Origin: Candidatus Latescibacterota bacterium
GTDB taxonomy: Bacteria > Latescibacterota > UBA2968 > UBA8231
Reading direction: 5' to 3'
Length of the DNA stretch: 64,000 nt
Assembly: GCA_965206595.1 (NCBI GenBank)
Contig: OZ242214.1
Location: 544,001 to 608,000 of the forward strand
Part shown: in pieces, positions 42,020-52,441 of the stretch
Layout: each line of letters opens with the position of its first letter
Numbering within the stretch: the first letter of the stretch is position 1
Notes under the pieces: model-generated
The model's database searches: none
What the model was told of the DNA's origin: nothing
Seen by the model: the letters and a program-made list of their open reading frames with translations, nothing else
Translations under genes and position numbers: made by a program

Positions 42020-43239
42020 TCCTGTTCGAGTCGCTGCGCATCGCCTTCGGGCAGGTCTGGGGCCACAAGCTGCGCTCCATGCTCACCTTGCTCGGCATCC
42101 TGATCGGGGTCGGTTCCGTGGTCGGGATCGTCTCGATCAGCGAGGGGATGCGGCGCATGGTGGTCGGCGAGTTCGGCAAGATCTTCGGCGACAGGATCCT
42201 GCAGGTCAGGCCGCGGGAGTTCGTGCTCAGGGACGGGCGCTGGGTTCTCAACCACCGGTTCCGGCCGATGACGATGGAGGACGTCGCGCTGGTGGAAGGG
42301 GTTTCGGACCGCATCGAGGCGGTCCTTCCGATGCTGTCCGCCAACGCGCAGATGCGCTACGCCAAGGCGACCTGGAACGGCCAGCTCGAGGCCACGGTGC
42401 CGGCCTACGCCGAGGCCTACGACTGGCGCGCCGGCAAGGGCCGATTCCTCCTGCCCCGGGACCTGAGCGCCGCCCGCAGCGTCTGCGTGCTCGGCATGCA
42501 GGCGAAGGAGGCGCTTTTCGGCCGCGCCCCCGCGGTCGGGCGGGAGGTGAAGCTCAACGGCGAGCGCTACACGGTGGCCGGGGTCATGGAGGAACGCACC
42601 CTTTTCGGCCAGGAGTGGAGCAGCATCGTCTTCGTGCCGGCGACCACGGCGATGCAGCGGCTGTTCGGCACCCGGAAGATCTCCGGGGTCGTCGCCGTCG
42701 CCGCCTCCGCCGAAGAGGTGCCGCGTCTCGGCGCCGACATCGTCGCCGCCCTGCAGGAGAAGTACGGCGGGCGGATGCAGTACGAGGTCGACAGCCCCGG
42801 GAGCTTCGTCAGCCAGATCGAACAGACGATCCTGATCATGAAGCTGGTCAGCGGCGGCATCGCCGGCATCTCCCTGCTGGTCGGCGGCATCGGCATCATG
42901 AACATGATGCTGGTATCGGTCACCGAGCGCACCCGCGAGATCGGCATCCGCAAGGCGATCGGCGCCAAACCTTCGGCGGTGCTCCTGCAGTTCGTCATCG
43001 AGGCGATCGTGCTCAGCCTCTTCGGAGGGCTGCTGGGGGTCGCCGCGGGATTCGGAATCGGCGAGGGGATCTCCGCGGTGATCGGGCGCTATTCCGACAT
43101 CCCCTACCCCAGCGCCGTCTCACCCGCCTCGATCGCCATCGCCCTCGGCATCTCCTCGGCGGTCGGCCTCTTCTTCGGCATCTACCCGGCGGCCCGGGCC
43201 TCGAAGCTCGACCCGGTCGCCGCCCTCGGCTTCGAGTGA
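42016..43239 (+). CDS. MacB/FtsX-type ABC permease
   Basis: [47 protein letters not shown]. Confidence 0.93.
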   Translation: MILFESLRIAFGQVWGHKLRSMLTLLGILIGVGSVVGIVSISEGMRRMVVGEFGKIFGDRILQVRPREFVLRDGRWVLNHRFRPMTMEDVALVEGVSDRIEAVLPMLSANAQMRYAKATWNGQLEATVPAYAEAYDWRAGKGRFLLPRDLSAARSVCVLGMQAKEALFGRAPAVGREVKLNGERYTVAGVMEERTLFGQEWSSIVFVPATTAMQRLFGTRKISGVVAVAASAEEVPRLGADIVAALQEKYGGRMQYEVDSPGSFVSQIEQTILIMKLVSGGIAGISLLVGGIGIMNMMLVSVTERTREIGIRKAIGAKPSAVLLQFVIEAIVLSLFGGLLGVAAGFGIGEGISAVIGRYSDIPYPSAVSPASIAIALGISSAVGLFFGIYPAARASKLDPVAALGFE

Positions 43240-43246
43240 TCCGGCG

Positions 43247-43945
43247 ATGCTGATCGAGCTGAAAGGGATCGAGAAGGTCTACGAGATGGGGGCCGAGGAC
43301 GTGCGCGCCCTGCGCGGCGTCGACCTCGACATCGAACGGGGGGAATACGCCGCCGTCATGGGTCCCTCCGGGTCGGGCAAGTCGACGCTGATGAACATCG
43401 TCGGATGCCTCGACACCCCGAGCGCCGGATCCTACCGCCTCAACGGCACGGACGTGTCGGAGATGAACCCCAACGAGCTCGCCGACGTGCGCAACCAGCA
43501 GATCGGCTTCGTCTTCCAGACCTTCAACCTACTGGCCCGCTCCAGCGCCTTCCACAACGTCGAGCTGCCCCTGGTCTACGCCGGGACGAGGCGGGGCGAG
43601 CGCCGGGACAGGACCGAGGCGGCGCTCGAGCGCGTCGGCCTGGCAGACCGCATGGACCATCGGCCCGCGGAGCTGTCCGGGGGGCAGCGGCAGCGCGTGG
43701 CCATCGCCCGGGCCCTCGTCAACGAGCCCTCGCTGCTGCTCGCCGACGAGCCGACGGGCAACCTCGACAGCCGCACCGGTGAGGAGATCATGGGGCTCTT
43801 CGACCACCTGCACGCCGAGGGGAACACCGTCATTCTCGTCACCCACGAGCAGCATGTCGCCGGCCACGCCCGGCGCAGGATCGCCATCCTCGACGGCCTA
43901 GTGGCTTCCGACGAGAGGGAGGGTCAGCCCGCAGACGGCTCCTGA
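43247..43945 (+). CDS. ABC transporter ATP-binding protein (LolD/MacB-type)
   Basis: [32 protein letters not shown]. Confidence 0.95.
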   Translation: MLIELKGIEKVYEMGAEDVRALRGVDLDIERGEYAAVMGPSGSGKSTLMNIVGCLDTPSAGSYRLNGTDVSEMNPNELADVRNQQIGFVFQTFNLLARSSAFHNVELPLVYAGTRRGERRDRTEAALERVGLADRMDHRPAELSGGQRQRVAIARALVNEPSLLLADEPTGNLDSRTGEEIMGLFDHLHAEGNTVILVTHEQHVAGHARRRIAILDGLVASDEREGQPADGS

Positions 43946-44208
43946 GACCCGGCCGCCAGCTTGGCTAGGACGAAGTCGACGATCGCGTCGGAAGTCTCGA
44001 ACAGCTCGATGCGCAGCTCCTCGTCGTCGATTTCGAAGCCGAACTCCTCCTCCAGGCCGGCGATCAGCTCGAGCGATGCGACCGACGAGGCGCCCCCCTC
44101 ACCGAAAAGGGGCTCATCGTCGGGAATCTCCTCCGGATCGACGTCGAGCCCAAGGGTCGCGGCGATCGTCCGCTTAACCCGCTTCCTCGTCTCCTCGCGT
44201 TTCGACAT
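43924..44208 (-). CDS. Acyl/peptidyl carrier protein-like
   Basis: 94 aa, acidic; [41 protein letters not shown]...TSDAIVDFV fits the ACP pattern. Confidence 0.8.
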   Translation of the reverse strand: MSKREETRKRVKRTIAATLGLDVDPEEIPDDEPLFGEGGASSVASLELIAGLEEEFGFEIDDEELRIELFETSDAIVDFVLAKLAAGSQEPSAG

Positions 44209-46155
44209 TCTCCTGCTCCGTGTTCCGTGAAAAGTGCGCAATCACCGCCTCGACCAGGCGGTCCTCCCCCGCTCCCGACAGAATCGCCGCCGCGGGAATG
44301 CCGAAGCGGTCTTCGAGGCGGCCCAGGTTACTGTCGATCTCCTCGCCCGACATCTGGCGCGGGGTGATCCAGCTGCGCCCGTACGCGGCGCGGATGTGCT
44401 TCTCCTTGTCGCTCATGGCCAGGGCGATGGTCGGGGCCTTCGCCAGTCCCCGCAGGCAGGCGATGGTATCCTCGATGTACTCCTCGGGGTCGATGCTGTT
44501 GACCACCAGGACAACGGCGTCCGGCCTGGTTCCGAGCAGGAAGCCGAGCGAGGTCATGGTGTGGGTCGCCGGGTGCTCGATGGCGTAGGGAATGGTCCCG
44601 GACTGACACCCCACCAAGAGGATGTCCGGGCTCCGGAGATGGGCGATCTCCCGCATCTTGGCGTCGAGAAACGGGGCGTACCACTGCAGCGGCAGCTCGA
44701 GCGGCGACGCGTACCCCATCGGGAAGGCGAAGTCCATGCCGAACAGGGCGGAGTGGTGCTCGGTGCCGACCTGGCCGACCGCGTATCCCGCTTCTTGCAG
44801 GCGCCGCCGCAGGGCCAGCTGCAGGGTGAACTTCCCCTGCTGCGAGCTGGTTCCGAACACCCCGAGCACCGGGACGTCGACGGCGCCGTACCGGCTCGAG
44901 CGGCGCAGCAGCCCCTCGACCTCGGCGTTGTCGACCTGGGGGCTGGCGATCTTCAGGTTGCGGCGCCGGGCCTCGGCGTGAAGATCCCCGTACTGATCCG
45001 GAGAGACCGGCAGGAAGCTGAAGACGTTAAGCCCCGCCCCCAGGGCCGCGGCGACCGACTCCCGCAGGACGTCCCGCTTGCCGATGCGACCCAGCTCGTC
45101 GACGTACCCCAGGATCAGCGAGTCCGCACCGCGCAGGGCCACCCCCAGCTTCGGGGAGATGCGGATCCCGACGGCAGGCAGCCCGAGGGCCTCGCCGGCA
45201 TCCTTGCCCGCCAGCCCCTTGCCAGCAGGGTCGGCTATGCCGACTACCTCGAAGTCGAGGTGTTTCAGGTGCCGGACCAGGCTGTGCATCTCCTTGTTGA
45301 AGGGGTACAGCGCTGCCTTGCGGATCCAGCCAGGGAGGTCGCCTTCCCGGGGACGCGGCGCCTGCTCCCGGGGGGCGGTACGGGCATGGCGCCCGCGCTT
45401 TCGGAAACGCGGGAGGCTCCCCCTTCGGCCTGGGCGTTGGCCTTCAGGACCTCGCGCACCTCCTCGAGGCCGGCTCCCGGGGAGGCTTCCCTTATGAGGG
45501 CGACGATGCCGCTTATGTGGGGGGCGGCGAAGCTGGTTCCCGCGGTCATCACCTCGCGCGGCTGCACCCAGCAGAGCCGCTGCTCGTCGCCGCGGGCGAC
45601 GCACTCGATCGGCTTCCCTTCCCTGTAGTGATACGCGTAGCGGCCGGCGACCTTGTCGCCGGTTACTCCGATGACGTCGGGCAGGACGGCCGGGTAGCTC
45701 TCGAGCCCCTCGTTATGCTCTGCGGACACCAAGATGACCCCGGCGCCGGCCGCTTCCCGGGCGGCCCCGGCCAGGGGGCGGCGAAAGCTCGGGTCCGTGG
45801 TCCCGAGGCTGAGATTGACGACATCCATCCCCTCGTCGAGGCACCATCGCAGGGCCTCGACCAGGACGCTTCCGTCGGCGCTGAGGGATTCGTCGAAGAT
45901 GCGCACGCTGTAGATGGACGCGGCCGGGGCCTTCCCGAGGATGATCCCGGCGCAGGCGGTGCCGTGGCCGGCCCTGTCGGCGATTTTCGGGGCCTGCTCG
46001 ATGCCGCCGTCCTTTGCGACCGACAGGGCGACCCCGCCGGCCACGCGGATCCGCGGATGCGTCGGGTCGACCCCGCTGTCGACGACAGCGACCCTGACGC
46101 CGGCGCCGGTGAGGGTTTCAAAGGACAGTTGCAGAGAGCTGGGCGGTGGTGTCAT
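44174..46155 (-). CDS. S8 subtilase fused to a DUF1611-like P-loop domain (frameshift at G6 run 45370-45375)
   Basis: Catalytic triad in VAVVDSGV / GHGTACAG / GTSFAAP; second part KAALYPFNKEMH...GVFGTSSQQGKFTLQ...GTRPDAVVL. One extra base in the run joins the two frames. Confidence 0.75.
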
Positions 46156-46452
46156 GGGATCGGGCGCTCCTTGGGCGTAGTGGAAGGAGGCCGGGCAACC
46201 TGCGGTGCGGCCGTCCCGCCTCTCCAAGTAGACGTGCCCGCGGCGGGAAGTGCTAGCGCCTCCGTGCGCAATTCCGCGTGAATCTGGTCGCCGCGGCACC
46301 CGCATCGGCGCCCTCGTCCGTACGCTGACATACGCGCGCAGACCCCTTGCGCCGGGCCCCGGCCCTGTCCTGGCGCTAGTACCCCGCCGCCCGGGTGCGT
46401 CTGATGGATAGCGCGCTCACCGACAATCCATTCGCAGCCCAGGAGGCTTCCC

Positions 46453-47628
46453 ATGGCGGAAACCGCCGTACTGCCGCTCAACGAAGACCCGCCGGTGAGA
46501 GGGTATCTCCGGCACGCCTTCCTCTTCTCCATTCTCGCCACCGACGACCTCTACCTGCCCTGGCTGTTCGGCGGCAACTACACCCAGCTGGTCTTCGACC
46601 GCGACCCGGGCTGGATGCCGCTCGACTTCTACAGCCCCCTCGGCTACAGCGGCAGCGGCTTCGCCTGTCCCTTTCTCGATACCCAGTGGATCGGGCGCTC
46701 CCTGATCGAGGGCGGCTACAGCAGCCTGGTCCCGTTTCTGATCGAGAGCATCGACGACGGCTACTACGCGAGATTGACCGTGGACGAGTTCTATCTGCCC
46801 GGGAGGACCTCCTACCGGCGACGCCACTTCCTGCACAGCCTGCTCGTGCACGGGTACGACCGGGGCCGCGGGATCTTCCGGGTGGCGGGCTATCTTCCGA
46901 ACGGGGAGTACGGGTCCTCCGAGGCGACCTTCACAGAGCTGGAGGCGGCGTTCGCCGTCGGCCTGGAGCCTCTGGAGGAAGGGGACGGCGACGGGAACGG
47001 GGGCATGCCGCTCAGGTTCGACGGCGTCGGCTCGCGCGCCGACCTGCGGCGCTGCATGTACAGCAAACAGCTGAGCAACGTCGAATCGAACAGGGTCCGG
47101 CTTGTCCGCTACGACCGCGAGGCCCGCTTCGAGCTCGACTTCGGGGCGGCCCTGGAGATGCTCGAGGACTACGCGAATTCCGCCCCGACGCCGTGCCGGT
47201 TCGCGAGCATCCTCACCTTCCCGAACAAGGTCTACACCCTCGGGCAGCCCATCCCCGACAGGGAGGACCTCACCTTCGGCGTCGAAATCTACCGCTGCCT
47301 GCAGTGGTGGATGGAGGAAATCCTGGGTGGGCGCCGGGAACTCGACATCATCCCCTTCCACGTGCTCTGGGAGCACAAGAAGATCATGGTATCGCGGCTG
47401 GAGTACTTCGAGAGGAACGGCTACCTCGACCCCTCGCTGGCCCTGTCGGCCCGCTACGGGGAAATCGAGGCCGGGGCCGCGCACCTGCGGCTGCTGATGC
47501 TGCGCTGCCGCATGAAACAGGACCGGAAGCTGCTGGCGCGCTCCCTCGCCCGGGTCGACAACCTCCGGGAGAAGGAATCCGAAGTGCTGGGCGGCGTCCT
47601 GCGCGCCGCCCGGGCGGCGCAGCCCTGA
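46453..47628 (+). CDS. BtrH N-terminal-like (papain/C39-like fold) hypothetical protein
   Basis: FLIESIDDGYY...VDEFYLPGRTSYRRRHFLHSLLVHGYD...FTELEAAF pattern; GGAGG RBS upstream. Confidence 0.55.
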   Translation: MAETAVLPLNEDPPVRGYLRHAFLFSILATDDLYLPWLFGGNYTQLVFDRDPGWMPLDFYSPLGYSGSGFACPFLDTQWIGRSLIEGGYSSLVPFLIESIDDGYYARLTVDEFYLPGRTSYRRRHFLHSLLVHGYDRGRGIFRVAGYLPNGEYGSSEATFTELEAAFAVGLEPLEEGDGDGNGGMPLRFDGVGSRADLRRCMYSKQLSNVESNRVRLVRYDREARFELDFGAALEMLEDYANSAPTPCRFASILTFPNKVYTLGQPIPDREDLTFGVEIYRCLQWWMEEILGGRRELDIIPFHVLWEHKKIMVSRLEYFERNGYLDPSLALSARYGEIEAGAAHLRLLMLRCRMKQDRKLLARSLARVDNLREKESEVLGGVLRAARAAQP

Positions 47629-47651
47629 GCGGACGCAGGCGCCGGCCTGCG

Positions 47652-48299
47652 CTACTCCGGGGATCCTCCGTTCATCCTGCCGTTTCCCCCCTCCCTCTCC
47701 CTGCGCCGCAGCCAGCCCGGGATTCTCCGCAGCGACGCCATGATCTGCAGCAGCAGCCGCTGGTGGCGCGCCTTGCTGACGGTCAGCTCCGCCAGCTTGA
47801 TCCAGGGGGCGCGCTCCCGCACGTGACCTTCCGCCCTCGACAGATGCGCCCTCACCGACTCCTCGGCGAGGCCGAGAAAACGCGCGATCTCCTCGCAGGA
47901 GCTCCCCTCGATATGGAAAAGCACGAAGATGCGGCGGCTTTCCCGGGGGATCTCGTCCAGGAGGTTCCAGAGTTTCGCCGGCACCTCGACCCTTTTCTCG
48001 GAATCCTTGTCCTCCGGGGGGAGCGGCTCTCCCTTCATGTAGGCGTGAACGCGCCCATCCGGCTCTTTCCCCGCCTTTCCCGAGCCCTTCTCCGCGTAGC
48101 GGCTGACGGCCCCGTTCACAGGCCGGACCAGCACGGCAACGAGCTCGCGCAGAAAACGGCGGGCTTCTTCTTCGATTTTCTGCATCATACCGGCGGCAGC
48201 CCCCTGCAGGGAAACCGCGCGACAGCTGACGGGATCCGCCTGAATCAGGCTGAGGCGATCCTCATCACTGCGGATTTTCAGGTCTCTCATTCTCATCAT
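47652..48299 (-). CDS. ECF sigma-70 region-4-containing protein
   Basis: LLDEIPRESRRIFVLFHIEGSSCEEIARFLGLAEESVRAHLSRA; region 2 not recognisable. Confidence 0.6.
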   Translation of the reverse strand: MMRMRDLKIRSDEDRLSLIQADPVSCRAVSLQGAAAGMMQKIEEEARRFLRELVAVLVRPVNGAVSRYAEKGSGKAGKEPDGRVHAYMKGEPLPPEDKDSEKRVEVPAKLWNLLDEIPRESRRIFVLFHIEGSSCEEIARFLGLAEESVRAHLSRAEGHVRERAPWIKLAELTVSKARHQRLLLQIMASLRRIPGWLRRREREGGNGRMNGGSPE

Positions 48300-48470
48300 G
48301 TGGTTCGTTCGTCTCCCATGGCTATTCTCAACGGCTTCACATATCTGACGACAATGGACAGCGAAGTACTATGTGGCAGAATGAGTTGTCCCCGACAACG
48401 TGTGCAGTCCCCCCGTTTAACTGCCACGGACCGCCTTCGCGGCGGTCATCCGGACGGACGGAACACGAAC

Positions 48471-49523
48471 CTATATCCAGCCGTGCTCGATGGTGGTGGG
48501 GGAGCCCGAGGCCTGGTGGCTCCACCCCAGGCCGCTGTCGAGGAGGACGTCACGCCCGGTGATCGCCGACTTCTCCGCGGCGAACAGGATCTCCATGATG
48601 TGGCGTCCGTACTCTCCGTGCGCGGGGGGCTCGATGCCGCTCTCTATCGCCTCGACGAAGCCCTTCCACTCGTTGTGCATTTCGTGCGGGGTGTCCTCGA
48701 ACGGCACGTCCTCCCACCGGTCCCCGCGGCCTATCCTGACGTACTTGCCGTCCGCGCCGTGCTGGTTGAAGCGCAGGGTTCCGTTGGCGCAGATCACCTG
48801 GCACTCGAAGTTCGGCGCCCCGTCGGCGAAGCCCACGGCGACGGCGACCCCGCCCAGGCCGTTCTTGTAGCGGATGAAGGCGGTGGCCGAATCGTCGGCC
48901 GCCTGGTAGTGGGCGCGCGTGCCGATCACCGCCGACACCGAGACCGCCTGCGAGGCCATGACCCAGGTGAGGCGGTCGACGACGTGAACGCCGTTGGTCA
49001 GCCACATGCCGCCGCCGTGGAAGCGGCTGCGGTACTGGGGCCGGCGCGAGCGGCCGCTCCAGTTCTTCGACATGTAGCTCACCGCGGTGATCATGGGCCC
49101 CAGCTCCCCGGAGTCGAGGATCTCCTTCGCCTTGACGCTGGTGGCGTAGAAGTGCTGCGACAGGCCCACCATCAGCTTGACGCCGTTGGCCCGCGCCGCT
49201 TCGACCATGTCGTCGCACTGCGGCAGAGAGATCGCCATCGGCTTCTCGACCAGCACGTGCTTGCCGGCGTTGCAGGCGTCGACGGTCAGCCGGTGATGGA
49301 GCTGGTGGCCGAGCACCACCGCCACGGCGTCGACCTCGTCGTCTTTCAGCAGCTCGGTATGCGAGGAGTAGCCGCGCGGGATGCCGTACTTCTCCATGAA
49401 CTCCGCCCGCTTCTCCTCGAAGAGGTCGGCGACGGCGACGACCTCGACGCCGTCGAGGCCGGAGATGGCGTCGCAGTGCGAGGTGGCGATGCCGCCCAGT
49501 CCTATGATCCCTGCTCGTATCAT
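48471..49523 (-). CDS. Gfo/Idh/MocA oxidoreductase
   Basis: GIIGLGGI, GKHVLVEKPMA, GGGMWLTNGVHVVD. Confidence 0.92.
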   Translation of the reverse strand: MIRAGIIGLGGIATSHCDAISGLDGVEVVAVADLFEEKRAEFMEKYGIPRGYSSHTELLKDDEVDAVAVVLGHQLHHRLTVDACNAGKHVLVEKPMAISLPQCDDMVEAARANGVKLMVGLSQHFYATSVKAKEILDSGELGPMITAVSYMSKNWSGRSRRPQYRSRFHGGGMWLTNGVHVVDRLTWVMASQAVSVSAVIGTRAHYQAADDSATAFIRYKNGLGGVAVAVGFADGAPNFECQVICANGTLRFNQHGADGKYVRIGRGDRWEDVPFEDTPHEMHNEWKGFVEAIESGIEPPAHGEYGRHIMEILFAAEKSAITGRDVLLDSGLGWSHQASGSPTTIEHGWI

Positions 49524-49560
49524 TGCGTGGATTGCTCCCTGGTGTGTGCCGCCGAAACCG

Positions 49561-50886
49561 TCACCCGACTTCGGCCAGCGCCCTGCCGAAGGCCTCGACG
49601 AAGCCGTCGATGTCCGCGGCCTGCGTCGGCAGTGAGACGGCGTTCATGCCGAGGGCATGGCAGAGGAAATACCCCTGGTTCAACAGCGACAGGAACACCG
49701 GGGCGTTGAGCTCCTTGTCGCAGTGCGCCAGGCTGCGGTAGCAGCGCGGCTGCTCCTCGGTGAAGTATATGCTGAACACCGAGCCGTCGCGCACCGCCCT
49801 GCCGGGGATGCCGGCGCCCTCCAGTTCCTTCTCGACTCCGGCGCACAGCCTTTCCGTCAACCCGTTCACGTGGGCGAAGGCCTCCGGGGTCAGCTGGTCG
49901 AGGGTGGCCCTGCCCGCGGCCATCACCAGGGCGTGGGCGCTGTGGGTGCCGCTCTGGAAGACCCGCGCCGGCCCTGCGGAGTTGTCGGTCAGGTCCATGA
50001 GGTCGCCCCGGCCCCCGAACGCCCCGACCGGGAAGCCGCCGCCGACGATCTTGCCGTACGTGCTGAGGTCCGGCCGGATCCCGAACTGCTCCTGAATACC
50101 GCCGGTGCCGACCCGGAAACCGACGATCTCGTCGCACAGGAGGATGAGGCCGTGCCTTCTCGCGGTGGCCTCGACGGCGCGGGCGAACTCCGGCCGCTGC
50201 GGCATGACCCCGGCCTTGGGATCGAACATGATGCAGGCCAGCTCGCCGGCGTGGGCGGCGACGATCCGCTCCACCGCGGCCTCGTCGTCGTAGGGCAGGA
50301 TGACCACCGCATCGGCGGCGTTGGGAGCCATGCCCCCGGCCCCGGGCACCGCCACCGGCGCCTCCGCGGGCCCGGCCCGGTCCAGGGGCGGGGCGACGCT
50401 GATCTCGACGCCGTCGTGGTTGCCGTGGTACCCCCCTTCGAACTTGGCGATCTTCGGCCTGCCGCTGAACTCGCGCGCCAGGCGCACGGCGTGCAAGGTC
50501 GCCTCGGTTCCGGAATTGCAGAAGCGGACGCTGTCGAGGGAGGCGACACGGCGGCACATCTCCTCGGCCATCTCGACCTCGTTCCCCATGCTCGCCCCGA
50601 GGGCGACGCCCCGTTTCATCTGGCTTGCGATCGCCGCCATGACCGCCGGGTGGTTGTGCCCGAGCACCTGCGCGGTGTGGTGATTGGCCAGATCGAGGTA
50701 GCGGTGGCCGTCGGCATCCCACACGAACTGGCCCTCGCCCCGTTCCAGGGACAGCGGAAACGGGGGGTGGAAGTAGGCCCCCTTCACACCTCCCGGCATC
50801 ACTTTGCGGACGCGCTCGAACAGGGCCCGCGAGCGCGGGTTGGCGGCGCTGTAGCGTTCTGAAACGGCTTCGAATTTCGGGTTCAA
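49561..50886 (-). CDS. Class III aminotransferase (glutamate-1-semialdehyde aminomutase-like)
   Basis: NSGTEAT, FEGGYHG, DEIVGFR, PDLSTYGKIVGGGFPVGA, SGTH; may be a HemL paralog. Confidence 0.88.
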   Translation of the reverse strand: MNPKFEAVSERYSAANPRSRALFERVRKVMPGGVKGAYFHPPFPLSLERGEGQFVWDADGHRYLDLANHHTAQVLGHNHPAVMAAIASQMKRGVALGASMGNEVEMAEEMCRRVASLDSVRFCNSGTEATLHAVRLAREFSGRPKIAKFEGGYHGNHDGVEISVAPPLDRAGPAEAPVAVPGAGGMAPNAADAVVILPYDDEAAVERIVAAHAGELACIMFDPKAGVMPQRPEFARAVEATARRHGLILLCDEIVGFRVGTGGIQEQFGIRPDLSTYGKIVGGGFPVGAFGGRGDLMDLTDNSAGPARVFQSGTHSAHALVMAAGRATLDQLTPEAFAHVNGLTERLCAGVEKELEGAGIPGRAVRDGSVFSIYFTEEQPRCYRSLAHCDKELNAPVFLSLLNQGYFLCHALGMNAVSLPTQAADIDGFVEAFGRALAEVG

Positions 50887-51167
50887 AAGACCTCTTTCCT
50901 GTTCGCGAAAAAGCGCCAGCGTGCCGGAAGATCCGGCCGCCGACTGCGTTGAGCGGCAAGTCTATGGATACCGCGCGGCGACTGTCAATTTGGGTTCCAG
51001 CCGGGGACACTGCCGGGCTTCATCGACCTCAATTGCTGCTCGACAGGCCATCCCGAACAAGGGTTTTCGGGCATGGATTATCGCTATGTGCCACTTCCGC
51101 TTCCGCCCCTTCAAGTCGACCCGCAGGAGTTTCACGCTTGTGGTTGTCACCCGATTGAAAAAATCTC

Positions 51168-51200
51168 TTGACTTCACGCCCCCCCCCCCCCCCTTACCAT
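51168..51200 (+). promoter_or_regulatory. Sigma70-like promoter TTGACT-N21-TACCAT with a C15 tract in the spacer
   Basis: -35 box at 51168-51173, C run at 51179-51193, -10 box at 51195-51200; 100 bp upstream of the ATG at 51301. Confidence 0.5.
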
Positions 51201-51300
51201 GCCCGCACCTTTGGTCACCAGCGGTTAGTGCTTGGGAAAGGTTGGGGTCGGGGTAGTGAAGCCGGGGTGATCCCTCTCACTGCAAGGCGGTTTGGAAGGC

Positions 51301-51903
51301 ATGACCTCCCGCAAGCCTGCAGTCCTGATCGCCTGCGTCCTGATCCTGGGCCTGACCGGCGGAGTCGCCGCCCTCCTTCACTTCTACTCCGAAGCCCGCG
51401 CCCGCCACTTCGCTCCCGCGCTTCCGGCGCTCCCCTCCGCAACACAGCTTCTCGCCACCACCCGTCAGTTCGACCCCTCGCTCGCTTCCATCGACCTCCA
51501 GTTGCTCCACGAAGCCCGTCCCCTGCCCCGCTCCGGTCTGCTGCAGCTCTACCGGGTCTCCGACCACGGCCGCCCGGTCTACGCCCTGGCCCTGGTTCGT
51601 CACGACATCGCCTGCAGCACCTGCCGCGACCTGCTGGCCGCGGTCTACCTGACCGCCTCGACCCGGGAGATCGCCGGGGTGGCGCCCCTGGAAGCCTGGG
51701 AGAAGGAGGGCGGCTTCTTCGATCCGGACGCGTTCCTGTCCCAACTGAAGGGGACCTCCCTGGGCGATTCGTTGCGGCTGGGAAAAGACCTGGACGGCAT
51801 CAGCGGGGCGACGCTGACGGTCGGGGCCATGCTGACCGAGCTGCGCGGGCTGCGTTCCTGGTTCGCCTCGAGACCGCCAAATGGGAGCAACGGAAATGGC
51901 TGA
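51301..51903 (+). CDS. Membrane-anchored FMN-binding (flavinylation motif) protein with CxxC
   Basis: N-terminal TM segment, CSTC, FLSQLKG, and DGISGATLT (RnfG/NqrC-type motif). Confidence 0.7.
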   Translation: MTSRKPAVLIACVLILGLTGGVAALLHFYSEARARHFAPALPALPSATQLLATTRQFDPSLASIDLQLLHEARPLPRSGLLQLYRVSDHGRPVYALALVRHDIACSTCRDLLAAVYLTASTREIAGVAPLEAWEKEGGFFDPDAFLSQLKGTSLGDSLRLGKDLDGISGATLTVGAMLTELRGLRSWFASRPPNGSNGNG

Positions 51904-52441
51904 TCCTTCCGAGATGAACCCTATGGTAAGGCCGCTGTCTGCGGCCGCGGGGCTGCTGCTGGCGCTCTGCATCGGCATCGGCGCGCGCCTGGAAACCGGG
52001 GCGCCGCCCGGTCTGCCGCCCAAGCCGTTCGCCCACCTGCTGGGCCGGCAGGCGCCGGACTTCACCCTGCCCGGCCTCGGCGGGGATACCGTTTCCCTGG
52101 CCAGCGCCGGGGGGGCCGATGCCTGGCTGCTCTACTTCACCGACGCCGGGTGCGGGGCCTGCAAGGCCGCCTACCCGGCGGTGGCCAAGGCGGCCGAAGT
52201 GCTGCCCATCGTCGCCGTCGCCACGGGCGACCCGGATCTGCTCGAGACCAATCTGGGCGGCAGGACGACGGCCATCGGCCACGACGAGCAGCAGTCGGTG
52301 CTTCGGCTCTACGACGTGCGCGGGGTGCCCAGCGCCCTGCTGATCGACCGGCGCGGGGTGGTCCGCCACGCCGCCACCGGCAGCCGCAGCATCACCGACG
52401 TCCTGGCGGCCTGGAACGACTCGAAGGGAGGAGGGGGATGA
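51896..52441 (+). CDS. TlpA/ResA-like thioredoxin-fold protein (CGAC)
   Basis: TM anchor, APDFTLP, CGAC, YDVRGVPSALLID. Confidence 0.8.
   Translation: MADPSEMNPMVRPLSAAAGLLLALCIGIGARLETGAPPGLPPKPFAHLLGRQAPDFTLPGLGGDTVSLASAGGADAWLLYFTDAGCGACKAAYPAVAKAAEVLPIVAVATGDPDLLETNLGGRTTAIGHDEQQSVLRLYDVRGVPSALLIDRRGVVRHAATGSRSITDVLAAWNDSKGGGG

Noticed and set aside
40791-43253. 820-aa 'double permease' ORF
   Set aside because: Only the first ~363 aa are permease; the rest is out-of-frame readthrough caused by the frameshift near 41880.
46156-46452. Precursor peptide for the ACP/S8 cluster in the divergent gap (48300-48470 also checked)
   Set aside because: No short ORF with a convincing RBS or leader/core pattern.
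46395-49709. 1104-aa plus-strand ORF
   Set aside because: Arg/Pro-rich off-frame or antisense overlap of three better-supported genes; a high-GC artefact.
51610-51630. CSTCR as a c-type heme-binding site
   Set aside because: Lacks the His of CxxCH; treated as a redox or metal-binding CxxC.
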